DNA of 64,000 nucleotides from Thalia democratica (Eukaryota), in contig OZ241833.1 of the NCBI GenBank assembly GCA_965202585.1, forward strand, positions 5,084,001-5,148,000, read 5' to 3'. Position numbers and translations under genes: made by a program. Numbering within the stretch: position 1 is the first letter of the stretch; every line of letters starts with the position of its first letter. The notes under the pieces are model-generated. The model was not told the DNA's origin and made no database searches. It saw only the letters and a program-made list of their open reading frames with translations. Positions 49,701 through 63,283 of the stretch are shown in pieces.

Positions 49701-52700
49701 ATTTGGACGTTTGAATGTAGAAGAGGAACGCTTTTTCACTATTTTTGAACTTCTAGTTCTCGTTTGCCTTACTCTTAAACTTTCGGTGTTTTTGACTTCG
49801 GGTCGTGCTCTTAGTTTTCTAATCATTTCTATTTTAGTTTCAAAATACTCAGCTTGAACAAAAACGTTCAGGTTGATGCTTGATTATAAGTGATAAATGT
49901 GTGAGTTTGTAAAAACTTTTGAAAATTAAATTAAACTTATTATGATGTCATACGGTTTTAGTGCTTAAAATTTGTATGAAAATTATTCTAAAGGAGTAGT
50001 ATTAGTATAATTAACATTTATTTAATCAATTAAGCTTCAAATGATATTTAATTGACCTTTCTTTAACACGTCTTGCTACAGATATAATTACAGTTCTTGT
50101 TATTGTTTTAAATAATAATATTTATTGTATATGGATAACATACTTATTTACAATTTTATGTTGCTATGAACAAAATTAAAATGGACTAAACTAATTGATC
50201 TGAGCTTCTTTAGTACAAGTATATTACTTTTATTATATAGAAAATAAAGTGTAGTAAACTTAAGTATTTAATAGACTTACTCTGTCATCCTCATTTTTAA
50301 GGTTATCTTCCCAAATTTGTGATGGAAAGGGTATCTGAGATTTTCTTGCAACTAAAAGTTTAAACTCTTCTAGTGTTTTGGAACCTTCTGTATCAATCTT
50401 GTAAGTTGTGTTACTGTCCGAATTTTCTACGGTGACAGAAAAGGTTTTACTCAAATCTTCAATACTTATATCCATGTTCCTATTAAAAATTAAGGTTGCC
50501 TTATAAAAAACAGACACACCAAACACTTAACGAACTAGACAACACTTATCGAACTTTTATCGGACACAAAAAAATAAACAAAATGGACTTTTTAACAAAC
50601 AATCAATTATTTCTACAGAATTTTTTCATAGATAAAACATATTAATATGATTATTGCAAAATAATAGAATTTTGCATAGAAACAATATGAGATTATTAGA
50701 AACGTAATTAAATTAAGTTATTTATATTTTTAGCGTAAAACACGTTAAACTTTTATTTAATTGTTATTTGTAAACAATTGTCTCTAAATATGTTAGTCTT
50801 ATACATTAAAATCAGCTGATTGAACCTTAAAAGAAAATAGTTAGTAGTTTAATGGTTTTGTGCTAACCAAGTTATTAAAAAATCAGGAATGTTTTTTCTT
50901 TAAACTTATGATTTTTCAAAGAAGATTATAATTAAGCTTTTATTACTGCTCCTATTTAATGCATAATAAAAACTTTGTAGATTAGTGTGAATGAACTAAA
51001 TTAGTTAAACAATGTTTGGGTTGATAACGAATTAATCTAAATTAACAAATATTATGGCAATGCATATGAAAACTATTATGTAAAAAACAATAGACTAATA
51101 GTAACTTTACATAAACTTAACATTTTATGACCTCTAAAGATTCAAAATTAACTCAACTGGTTGCTATAATAGTTAAAAAGCTAAAACATAAAATGTTAAG
51201 AAAGCTAAAATCATTATACATGTAACATTAACTATTAATTGCAAAGCTCTGTAGGTTCATAAGTGTTTAATATAATATTCAGTCAGTATATTTAGATTTT
51301 ATATTGTTATTAAATACTGTAAAACTTTAACTAATTTAATTTTATATAATCAAGAAAATTATATTATACATAATGTTAAACTAACTGATACTTAACTTGA
51401 TTACAATTGCAACTTATATAAGTATATGATATCTATAATAAATTTGATTAAAATTGAAATTCGGTTATTACATTTTCATCTTACATTTTTTAAATTTTTT
51501 CTAACTCTAACTGTTATTTGGAACAAACAAATGTAAATTTACTTATTTAATTTAAAATTTTTAGCTCGAGAATTGAATGCGTGCCTCATAAAAGGTAGAA
51601 AAAGATCTTATTATTTACAATTAATGTATGCAGTATTAAATTAAATTGTTATCAAAAGTAAATAACTAGTTAAAAAAACTATGTTAGTTAACTTTTATTA
51701 AAACATTGCCTACAAGGCACATATTAAAAACTGTTTTTCAAATAAAAATATAAGTTCGTTAGTATTTCCTTGCATTTGGAAGAGCTTAAATTGATATAAC
51801 TTAAAAAAAACTATATAAACTGAAATAAATTAAAATGGGTCAAGTTCGTCTAGAGGCGGTCAACTATCTATTTTTTGAAACAAAAAAAATATATAATAAA
51901 TGTTATACGGGTTTGTTAAACCGCATAGTTTTAAAAAAGTTTATTAAAAAAAATTTAATGCATATTTCATTAAACTTTTAATTGTAGGTCGTCTAATGTC
52001 GTGTAGTTAAAACCAATTTGATAGCGCTTTTTAAAATGAGTTTATACAAAACATATTTTATTTGTTCAATGCAAGTTGTTTCTCTATCAGTAAGTTGCCC
52101 ATCCCTAGTTTTAAAATTTTAAGCCTAAACAAATTGGATCATTTAAATCGTTATACATAAGAAGAAGCTTGCCACTAAACTTCAAACAGCTAAAAATTAA
52201 AATAAAACATTTGATTTTAATGAAAAATAAACAAAGTTTAGCTCTTTCTGTGTGTATATAAATAATAGTTTGAAAAAAAACAATTGACTTATATAATAAG
52301 AGCTTTTCGAAAAACAAATAATAGAAAAGGACTATTAAAAGGAAAATAAAAGACTATTTTTATCATTATAACTAAAGTAGCATTCTTAATAAAAAAGTAA
52401 AAAGATATTTTTGTTAAACCTATTGTTAACCTTAAAAAAAACTAATCGAATTTACTAATATACTACACCTAATACCAACATACTTACTATTTGCTATATA
52501 CTATATATATATGCTAAATACTTACTATTGCTGTCAAACTAATTACAAAAAAAAATAAGAAAGTAGATGAGTAAATAATTTTCAACAATTTATTAGGACA
52601 CAACTGACTTTTAAATACAATTACTTTAAAAAAGCTTGTAACATATTTAAAAAACACAATTAATCATACTTATTACAAACGAAATTTATTTATAAAAAAC

Positions 52701-55700
52701 TACATAACTTAAAAGTTTATTAGTAATAACATAACACTACGTTTATTATTTTAATTTATTGCAAAAACGTTTTATATAACTAAATCTAGCTACTTTTTTA
52801 TTTATCAAGTTAATGTTGTCTAAAAGAAAGTTTGATAGAATAACACTAGCAAATCAGAAATACTAGTTTTTTCAATTAATCTGTGCTACTAAAAACTATT
52901 AGTATATTCAAGTGTAAAAACTGCATACGTAAGACTATTTATACGTATAACCACAACATACAATAATAACTTATTAGTAATAACACTACATTGATTTTTA
53001 AACTTATAGCAATATTTCTAACAGAAGTTCAAGTATAAAAATTTTAAATGTTTTTTGTTACAATTTATTTATTTTTATTAAAATTTAGAATTGACTATTT
53101 TCTGTTAAAACTAATGAAAATCTTCAAATTTTTTCAAGTTATTATTTCTCAATTCAAAGCTCATTTAAAAAGAGAACTAGATATACAGTTGTAAATATTT
53201 TTATTAGTATATGGTAATTTCTTAATAATTTTTACTAATTTATAAATCACAACTATAAAACTACGAAAAACCTTTTGAAAACTAACAAAATAGTATTGAA
53301 AAATTAGCCTTACATTTTCCTTAGCAGCATTTTCAGAGTAATAACATATATCTGTTTTAAAACTGTCAAATTTAATTTTTAGCAAACAAAAGACAAACTT
53401 AAGACATAAAATTGTATTAACAAAAAACTTTATATATATTCATTCAATAAACTAAAAAACAAAAGTATTTGGGACTTGCTTGTATACTAAAACAAGGTTG
53501 TATATTCTTTAGTGGCTAATGCAAGGTATAAAAACATCAAAACTAGTTTTGTTAACCTAATTTCTTCGTGAAAATAAAAAAAAAGTAAACTTGTTAGACT
53601 TCTGAGAAATAGTCAATAAAAAACTGGTTAACTTTTCAGCCTTGTGAGTAGGTATTGGTTAATTTAATCTGTTAGTTGAAAACTATGCAGTTTTGAATAA
53701 AAAAAAATTAAAATCAACTTTATACTGTTTTAGGAATGAAAGTAAAATTTTTAGTTTTTTACCACCTAATAACTTTTTTCCTCAAAAAACTAAAAACTGT
53801 GGTATCATTTAAAAGCTCATCTTTCAAAAAGTAACTTTAATAGACAATTATACGAAATATTATTCAAGTTACTAGTCAGTTATTAAAATATTAAATGGTT
53901 TATCTTACAATATATGACTTAGCATGCTAAGTGTTTGAGTTGTTTTATGTAGCCAAGAGAAATTTGCAAAAAAAAAACACATATATGATACAACTAATAC
54001 CTTTTAAATGGCTTACATTAAAATCTTAAATAAATAATGGCTTACAAGAACAGTAAAAATAAAAATCTCTAAAATCAAAGGTACCTAATTAAGCAAGAAC
54101 TTACGTATTAAAAAGTGTATACTGTGCTGAAGTCGAACTCAAGTGCTAAGCAATAATCAAGTAGGATAATTACAACGACTGTAATTTTGTTTTAACAAAA
54201 ATTAACAGAAGAAACATAATTTAATATAGAACAATAAATTCTGTTTTAAATATTCTAAACGTAAGATGGCGCTCCACAACACGTATAAAAGCATGCATTT
54301 TTAAGTTAACAAAAAAAATAACTATTTTTTTAGGACAAGCTCGAATGTGGTCGAAGTTTTGATCACTAAACTATTGTATAGTTGTATATAAATATACTTG
54401 GAATTTGTCAATTTTCTTTTTTTTTGAATAAAACAAACTTATACTTATGGTTTAGGTGAGAGTTTTCTACATTTGTCTTATAATAGTTTGTAGTCTCGCG
54501 ACAGAAGGTAGAAAACGTTAAAGAAAGGAAATCAAAAAGTTAAAATACTAAATCAAATTAACATAGAATGATTAAAATTTAGAATGTATTATTTAAATCG
54601 TTTGTTGAATGTATTTTAGTTGAAATAAAAGACTATTGACAATCAATTAAGGTATTCGTTTAAAAAAGAACTTTTATAAAGAACGCCATAGCTACTATAC
54701 GACTAATAATCGAAGTGTTTTCTTTAAGCAACAATAATAACAAGCGCAATATGAAATAAACACAAATAGCTGCACTGTAGACACTAAGATATTTACAACT
54801 GCAGTTATATTTTCAAAAACAATAACAAAACTTTAAGTTTAATGTTGAAAGTCTCTTCTTAGAAAAAAATACAATTTACTTTAAACAGGATTTATACCAA
54901 ATGTTTTGCAAGTTTATACTGACGTTTTCCCTAACTTTCATTGGTCGACGCAGGGCTTATAAAACGATGTAGTCGACTAATAATAGGACTTTTTGGTACA
55001 TATTTCTATGCTTTAAATTAGATATAGCCCCTGAAAAATGCCATAAGAATTTAAGTTGTTGGTCCTAGTATTATCATGTAAGTACTGCAAAATTATAGAA
55101 CACTTTAATTTCAGAATAAGCTCACTCAATTTTAAACTTTCTAAATAATTTCAGCTGCATCAACACTGTTACTTTCACTTTATGATACCCCCTTCCCTCT
55201 GATAAATATACTCCCTGCAAACAATGCCTGAATGCATCAATTGAAAAGTTTTAAATTGACAAATATCGACTTTTGAGTGCAATTACCAAACTTTTATTTA
55301 GAAAGAAATTCACAATCTAACTATACAATCCAAAAAAAAATCTGATTCTTAAACTTATTTTTGAAATTTTACAGCATTTGTAGTTAATAGTTCTGATTTT
55401 TTAAATATTGCCTCTAATCTAGTAAAATTAAGGGTATAACAACCTAACAACAGGGTTGCCACTCGTTTTTTTTTTAAATTTTTCCAGGTTTTCCAAGTTT
55501 CTTACAGGATTTTAAAAGTACACATTTTTGGGTCTATTTTTAGTTTTAAGTTAATTTCTATTTAAGAAACTGTGTTAAATATTAAAAAAATATTAAAAAG
55601 ATACCGTAAAGTTACTTTAAATGTGTTTTTTAATAGAAGAATTTTTGATGATGACAAAAAATCTCAATTAGATTGATAGATTTTTTGTGTCAAATCAAAA

Positions 55701-58700
55701 TTTTGCAACTGAAAATGTTAAAATTATTAAAAATTCCAGGTTTTTTGATTAAAATTTCAGGTTTTTCCATATTTTTTTTTTAATTTCTAAAATTTCAGGT
55801 TTTTCCAGGTTATTTTAGCCTAAATTGTCAAATTCCAGGTTTTTCCAGGTAAAGTGGCAACCCTGATAACAACCGATTTATTACTTAAAATAAAACCATC
55901 TAAAACTCTACTAAAAAATATTTTTTTTTAATGAATTCAGAAATTTAAATTCAGACATTTAAACTAAAGTGCACTAGGTTGAAAAGAAACTTTTTCAAAT
56001 TTTATACCAATGGTGCTCATTATAGTAAAACATTTTTAATTTAGAAAAATTGGTTTATACAAAATAATAATGAAAAATAATAAATACAATAAAATAGTCT
56101 TTTACTATAATTAAATCAGCTTTCGAGAACAACAGAGATATCTTATAAATTTACACTTAATTTTTCTTTAAGTAGCTTCATGAACTAGGATTTATGTAAT
56201 TTTTTTAACAACAAAATCCTACCAGTCGCTATTACTAAACGATGGCCGCTTGGCTTTTTTCGAATCGACGCGCAGCTTTTCAATGCCTCTTTTGATTCCC
56301 TTCGTCGTTGCTCGGACGGACCTGCGTGCAGTCAGTGTTAAAGTAAGTCGTCGTGTTTGGGGGCATGTAGTATTGACTTGGTCTTTACAAGTTACAAACA
56401 AGCATGAAAGATGCTAATTCTTCTGCACTTAATACCGGGTAATCATTCAAAATCAGTGAGGGAAATCAGTTTTTATTGCGTTCTTACTTTCTGAACTTAA
56501 GTATACTACATTGGTAATTATAGAAAAGAAAAAAATAGGAACTATGGTCTAATCTTTTATATTTCACCAATAAGGTTTTAATTTTGTGAATAGATCTTGT
56601 ATTTTACTATTAATTTCTAAAGGAACTTCATATGAAAACCAATAGTCCAACAATAAGTTTCTAATAACTACAAAAAAAAACAAGTAACCGAAAAATCACG
56701 ACATCTAATTAATATATTTTTAAGGTAGGAGTTTAGTAGGTAGTTACAATAGTGAGATTTCGCTTATTTTCATCAATCATATGATATGTTTAATTTGAGA
56801 ACCAACACGAGTAACATGTCTTTGTGAATACTAAAACATTAATTATTAAACCAATAAATTTAAAAGTCTGTGCTGCAACTAGTAACAGCAAATTTACAAA
56901 CCATACTACATGCCCCAGCACACAGTTTCATATATTTTAAAACGTTACTTTTTAATAATTATTTTTTTAATAAAAGTAAATGTATAAATTACTTGTTAAA
57001 GTTATGACCTTAATTTACTATTAAAATCGTGGATTGCTTTTTTTATACATTTCTACAAAGATATTAACACTTTGTGACGCACCATATATAAAAAAAAATA
57101 ATAAGGAATTCAGTTACAATCGATTTAAGCATTTACTTCACTTTATAAAATACATTTATTACTATGCTTAGAAATACATGCTATACTTATTTAAATACAT
57201 AATTATAAGTATAATGAGGTTGAATTAATTATTTATTTACTTATCAAAGACAACTTGAGGACTTTAACTTTAAATGAGGGTTACTGTTGCAACCACAACT
57301 TAAAAAAAAAAACCTTTTTTAAGTTTAGAAGTTTTAGTTAAAATTAAGAAAGCTACTCATAATTAAGTAGTCACAAAATATCATATGCCTGGCATTTATT
57401 TAAAGTTGAGTAGAACTAAAGTGATAAAAATAAATTTTTTTTTAGTTTATTAATTAAATCATTTATCAAAGTTTAAAAAATTATTTAGGTTTGAAATAAA
57501 CACAGAAACATTCGAACACTACTTTGATAATTTTTGAGTTTAGCGTTAAAATAAATATCATTATACAACGAGCTTAGATAAAAACAGATGTGCAAAAATA
57601 AAATTACTTGTTTTAACTTTTTGAACTAACTTCTTTAAATTCAATTAAAAAAAATACTTATTTTGATTTCAAGTTTACAACAGCATTTTAACTAAAGTTT
57701 GTTTTTTAGGTATAAAATGGTTTCTTGACTTAATTATGTAATTTTAATTTTTATTAAGTTTTGTTATTCTATAAATACATAAATACAACAAATTTGCCAT
57801 ATCATTACAAAATTAATAAAACTTTATTTTGTATTACAAAAGTTATAATTAGTGAGAAGTTTTAAAAGCTTACAACTAAACCAACTTTCTCGTTCTGCAA
57901 GTATTTTCAAACATTTAGTCAACTACCAACTTAAAAAAGCTTTAGAAGCACAAACCTGCTGGAAGAAGACGAAGACGAAGAGGGCGATTGGACTCGCGAC
58001 AACTTGACCTGGTTGACCATGGGCAGGTGTAGCTTGGAAAATCGCGTTTCCATGGACAGTTTCGACGGGTTGCTCGTGGGCCAGTCCACAAAGTCCAAGG
58101 TTTCCCCATCCGGGAACTGGCTGCTCGCGATTGATTTCAAGTCGCCTGTGAAATAGCTAACAAATTTACAAAAAAGTAATTTAGTGATGAAAAATAATAG
58201 TTCATTTTTTAACAGTTTCAATTGAAATAAACAACTATTGCTATGTTTTCTAATGTAACTTGTTTTTCTTCAAACATAAAAAAAAATCATAAGAATTTAA
58301 TAATTATGTTTTTTAAAGTTTATCCTATTTTAACTTTTTTTTTTACTTTAAAAAAACATATCTTTTTTCTTATTAAACATTTTTTGGTGAAGTTATAAAA
58401 GATTAATGGTATAAAATAACTTAGGCTAGCTTAACTCAAATATGTCTCAGTGGAACAGCGTTGCAACAGATTGAAAAAGAAAATTTAGTCAAAAAATAAT
58501 AACTGGGGTCACCACAAACTAAACAGAGATTATGAAAAAATAATTATATGAAATATTGAGTATGAAGATAAATAAAAGAGTCAAAATGCATAATTTTTTT
58601 TGTTCAAAATTTAGATTTAATCGTTTGCTAACAAAAGATCCTACATATATATCGTAACGTAATTATTGTACGTATTTTGTTCAATCATCGACAACGGTAA

Positions 58701-61700
58701 AATAAATTTGAATCAGTTATTTTTTCCACTGAAGTAAGTGGTTTGTTTATATTATGATTTGTTGTTTTGTTGTGTATTTTAGTTTACTTTACATATTTTA
58801 GACTTAATAAATACAAATATTATATAGTTTTATAACAGTCGGATTTAACATTTAGTATTTTACCTATTATCAAATATTACCTGTATAAATCTGTAGAAAT
58901 TATTTTATTTTAAAGAAAACATGTACACACCTACTTTATTCTATGCTTCTATTCTTACACTACAGTAATTATTTTTTTTCAGAAATCAGTTGAAGTGTGT
59001 TGATTCGTTAACACACAGAAACATATGTTGGTACAATAAAGGAAGATTAATGTATAGCTTTTTTTTAATTTTTTTTTTTGTTAATTAAACTAAAAGAGTT
59101 TAAAAAGTTCATAAAAACAACCTTAAAAATATGAAATAATTAACAAAAATTAGGCTTAAAGTCGTTAAAACTAACTTGTTTTATCTGAAAAAAATCAAAA
59201 GACCTTAAGAGTTTTAAACTCACTTAAACTTCTGAAGTAATCTTTAGCCACAATATAAAAGCATAAAAAATTTAAAATAAAATATATGTCAATAGATATA
59301 CTTTCGTGAGTCAAGCAAGCTTATGGGTATTTTTGTAAAACTTTGTTTTTTTCAGTAGAATTTTTTTTTAACAAGCCAGATCAATTTACACTTTAAAGTA
59401 CAACTTTTAAGTGCATTCAATATACACGCTCACTTTAGATTATTCAACTTTTTCAAATATCTACAAATGCAGGGTGTGTGAAAAGGATATGATTGTTTTT
59501 TTAACTGAATATTGTAAATTAGACATCTCATACTTTAATACTGGTTTAACACAGGAAACAAATCAAAAACAAATTGAAGATTCACATTTGATTACATGTT
59601 TAAGAATATATTTATTACAAATTTACAGTTACTCAGTTTCACAACAAACAGGATTTTAAAACTACTATTCTGAAATAAAAAACTATGCAAGTCTTCTTTT
59701 TCAATATCGGTAAAAGTTGAACTGAAAAATTAAACATGTAGTATAAATTTGAGTATTATATAATGGCTAATTAGGTAATCATAAAGAAATAAAATTAAAA
59801 TATATAAAAGAAAATTGATTAGTTAATACTAACAATTAATTACACTAGTATCTAAAAACAAATTTGAAGAGTTAGTCATTTTATTAATTTTTTATTACAG
59901 AATCTTAGTTTTAAAAATCCGTTTGTGGAACTGAGTAACTGTAAATTTTGTAATAAATGTATTTGTAAAGACATCTTATCTTTAGTTAAAAAGCATTGGC
60001 TACAGCTCATTAGAACTTGGACTTGTTTTTTTTTAGTTTTTAGATTATATGTTTAGTGTCAAAAACAGATCATTTAAGTAAAGCTAGCAGTAAAATAAAA
60101 CATTAAAGATCATCAATAATTAAGGTGAACCAAAAAATACTTATTAGAAAACTTTTAAGACCTCAGGAGATCAAAATATTTTTATACAAAAACGTTGGCT
60201 CTTATTTGAAAGCTATAGAACTATAAAATACTTTTTAAACAACTAAAAAAGTCAGTAAGTTTTGAAATATAACACAATTTGTAAAGAAAGTCCAACACTA
60301 CCTGTATTATATAGAAAAACAAATTTTTATGGTCAATTTTCTCAGAACTTTGAAAAGTGTAGTAAAAATAATTTTCTTATATATTTATGAAGCAATTTAC
60401 TTTATGTTGTTAGGAAATTTTCATTCCAATACTACTAACAACTTGTAGGACGCGTAATTTTAAAAAAAGTTTAAAAATTTTATGAGCAATGTTAAAAAGA
60501 AAAAACTTTTTTGTTTTGTTTTATAAAACAAAATAAATTGCTTCCTATATGTTGTTCAAAATTTATTTAAGATTATACTGATTAAGTTTTAAAGCAACTG
60601 CTCAAAGGAGAAGACGGATTTTTAGTAAAGTATTTTGTTGTTTTAGTTTGCAACTCCCATAAAGAACCTTTTGAACTCTCTAAATTTGATTGCTTTTATC
60701 TTAAAGATATTATGATCTTTTTAAAATTGTTTAAAAACAGTTTACAGCTAAATATTATACTTATGAATACTATATTAATTTTAAAAAAAGTTATTTACCT
60801 CCCCTAGGCCTTCGACTAATAAGAATAACAAAATTGATTAACAGGAGATATTAAAACACCATAGCTTTTTTATAACAAATTTAACTATCCGAGTTAAAAA
60901 AAAAATCAAACTATTACAAAGTCTAGTCTGAAATTCCTATAAACTTTTAATAAAAATAATATGAATAGAAATCGTGTAGTATTAGTGCTCTTAAATATTT
61001 TTTTTTAAACTAGCTAATAATGGTTTAGTTAAGCTATAAAAAACCAGGCTTAGATATATATTATTTTTATTTGTGCACTTTGATAGTATTTTGTTATATT
61101 TATTTCATTTTGCTTAAGACTTAAACTAGACAAATAAACTAGAAAATTCTTAAAAACAATTAAGCATATAAACAGTAAACCTCTAAAATCATCAATCAAT
61201 TGAAGTACTGAAATTCAAAAATATTTTAAACTACAAACATTAATTTATCTAAATCATAAAACTTTTTGAATCCTTAAAAATAGCATGAGGGATTACCACT
61301 TATTTAACAAGCTTTAGATATGTATAATTAATTTTATTAACAAATTGAAACAACAGCATAGTAACAATTATTGACAATTACAGGGTTGCCAAATTTTTTT
61401 GAGAAATTCCTTCCAGGTTTTCTGAATTTTTTCTAGGTTTTTAAATAATAGTTTAGGGTCTATTTTAAGTTTAAAGGTAAGTTTAAGATTAAAAACTGTG
61501 CTAAGTAGTATAACAACATTGAAAAGATACTGTAAAGTTTCTTTAAATATATTTTAATAAAAAACTATTTTGATGATGACAAAAACTTTTTATCTATGTT
61601 ATAGATTTTTAAGTCAAATTGAAATTTCACTACTTAACATGTAAATTGCTTAAAATTCTGGAATTTTCCAAATTTTTTAGCCTAAATTGTCAAATTCCAG

Positions 61701-62784
61701 GTTTTTCAAAAATTCCAGTTTTTTTTTGAGACCTAGAATTTAATCAAGAAAAGTATTTTAATTAAGCTATTAAAAAACAATAGTTGATAAATTATCAAGC
61801 AACTACTCAAGTATAGAATGTTTTTTGGTGTACAAAACCTTACCTAAAGTCATAGTTTCATCTAACACTACTTCTTTGGTAACAGAACCGAGAGTACATT
61901 TAAACTTCAATAACCTTGAAGAACTGCAACTAGCAGAAGAGCTTCTGCAAAAAATTATTTAAAAAATTTACTTTTTTTTTTGGCCAATCAAATAAAATTA
62001 AAGCTGAACTTTGTGGTCAATTTAATTTCAAAATTCGTTCAAGTTTGATTCATGTTTTTATTTTAGTTCTAACAAATCTTTTTTTTTGCTACTTTAGAAA
62101 CTTTTAAGATACAAATAAAAAATAGCACACAAAAATTTAGTCATGAAACCTTTGCTAAATTTTAAGCACATTAAAAAAAAAAGTTTTTTATCTACTGCTA
62201 AATGTTTGACTACTGTTAAATTAGGGTTTAATTTTGTAATAGCTAATACTACTTGTAATATTCAATGATTGAATATAAGTCTTTTTTATTAAATTTTTAA
62301 TAGATTAGTTTTTCAGAAGAAAATTAAGTTATAACAATCTTAAACAATGTACTGCAAACAAACACAGCAAGAAAATATAATTCAACTCACTTGTCTTGCC
62401 TGATATTTTTTGTAAGGTCTGTTATTTGGTCTGGTTGCTGGTAAAAGTGGTTGATTGACTTCTGTACATCATAGTTAAATTTTTCCAATAAATTCTTTCC
62501 TAGCTCCCGATCAATGTGTAAAACTGACTGTTATAAAAGTATATTTTTTCAAGAAAAATTTATACTTCAACTCTAGTACTTTTATTTAAGTCATGTTAAG
62601 TGATAAACAAGGTAAAATTGTTTGTTCTTATGTTGTTACAAGTATTGAGGATTAAAAAAATGCAATAATTATTTTTATTTCTCCAAATTTCAATAATGAC
62701 TGTGATATATGTATTAATTTAAAACTAAAATGCTAAACTCACAATTAAGTTTTGTAATGCATCTTCTTCAGTTGCATTTGACAT
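43728..62784 (-). CDS. FAF1: FAS-associated factor 1 (UBX-domain p97/VCP cofactor), 15 coding exons, about 677 aa
   Basis: Exons (minus): 62784-62743, 62527-62391, 61944-61844, 58145-57956, 56321-56223, 50479-50281, 48449-48191, 46745-46581, 46298-46157, 45527-45394, 45267-45179, 44900-44820, 44701-44567, 44393-44238, 43832-43728. All introns are GT-AG with matching phases; total 2034 nt. Translation resembles FAF1 as I recall it: UBA-like N-terminus (LLEKFNYDVQKSINHF), two UBL segments (GSKTLEEFK..IPFPSQIWE), UAS (LAIYLHHDKSVISNVFCSQMLCTEAVSQLLNTNFVCWAWD), coiled coil (KEQKEAYERSLEIDRQK) and UBX (TIRFRLP..RRF..VVDFVGSLGY..SYP). Confidence 0.93.
47754..48065. mobile_element. Degenerate MITE, CAGGGTTGCC family
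   Basis: Left TIR cagggttgcca plus family body (gggtctattttagt..gtgccaaattgaaat); right end decayed. Confidence 0.75.
48580..48724. mobile_element. Right-half fragment of the CAGGGTTGCC MITE
   Basis: gatagattttttgtgtcgaatcaaaatttt... ending gtggcaaacctg. Confidence 0.7.
55451..55865. mobile_element. MITE, CAGGGTTGCCAC-terminal family
   Basis: Perfect 12-bp TIRs; flanks ctaacaa / ataacaa (7 bp, 1 mismatch). Confidence 0.9.
61381..61730. mobile_element. MITE, CAGGGTTGCC family, right TIR missing
   Basis: Left TIR and family body present; ends in ccag-T-rich subterminal repeats. Confidence 0.8.
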
Positions 62785-63283
62785 GGTTAGTTTATATTTA
62801 GCAAAAAAAAAAAAGTTTCTAAAATACAACAGTATTAAGTTCAAATTAAGTAATTAAACAATTTACTTAGAATTGCAAACTAAATAATCTTACATCAGTG
62901 TTCCCACAAAATTTTTAAAAAAATTAAAGGGAAGTCCATAAAATATAGCAAATTTATAGGGAAATCATCAAAAAATAAACAATTAGTTTTAAACGTTACA
63001 TACATACTTTTAAGGTAAATAAAGTAAGCTGTGGCATTAACCATTTAGAAGCACAGTCATAATAAGAAATATATTTACTAAAAATAACATTAGACTTTAT
63101 ATTAAAGCTTGAAGTACAAACTACAAGCTAGTTTTTATAGAATAAAAAAATCTTATTTAACTTTTAAGATTTTGTAATTTTAAAAAAACCTTCCGATACA
63201 AACGTATAAACTGCAAATTTTTTTGGGTCAATTTTATTAGAAATTTTAAAATTTATTTTTTCCTTCATTTTTTGAGCTAGAGA

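Noticed and set aside
50476-50526. MDISIEDL or MFGVSV as an independent gene start
   Set aside because: A phase-2 acceptor at 50479 links this exon to upstream FAF1 exons, and the peptide matches the second UBL domain.
51000-59700. AT-rich track ORFs (52111, 53161, 59411; similarly 8521, 9284, 11101, 23624, 34159, 36110)
   Set aside because: They have F/L/I/K/N-biased composition typical of non-coding AT-rich DNA, often alternative starts, and no splice-consistent context.
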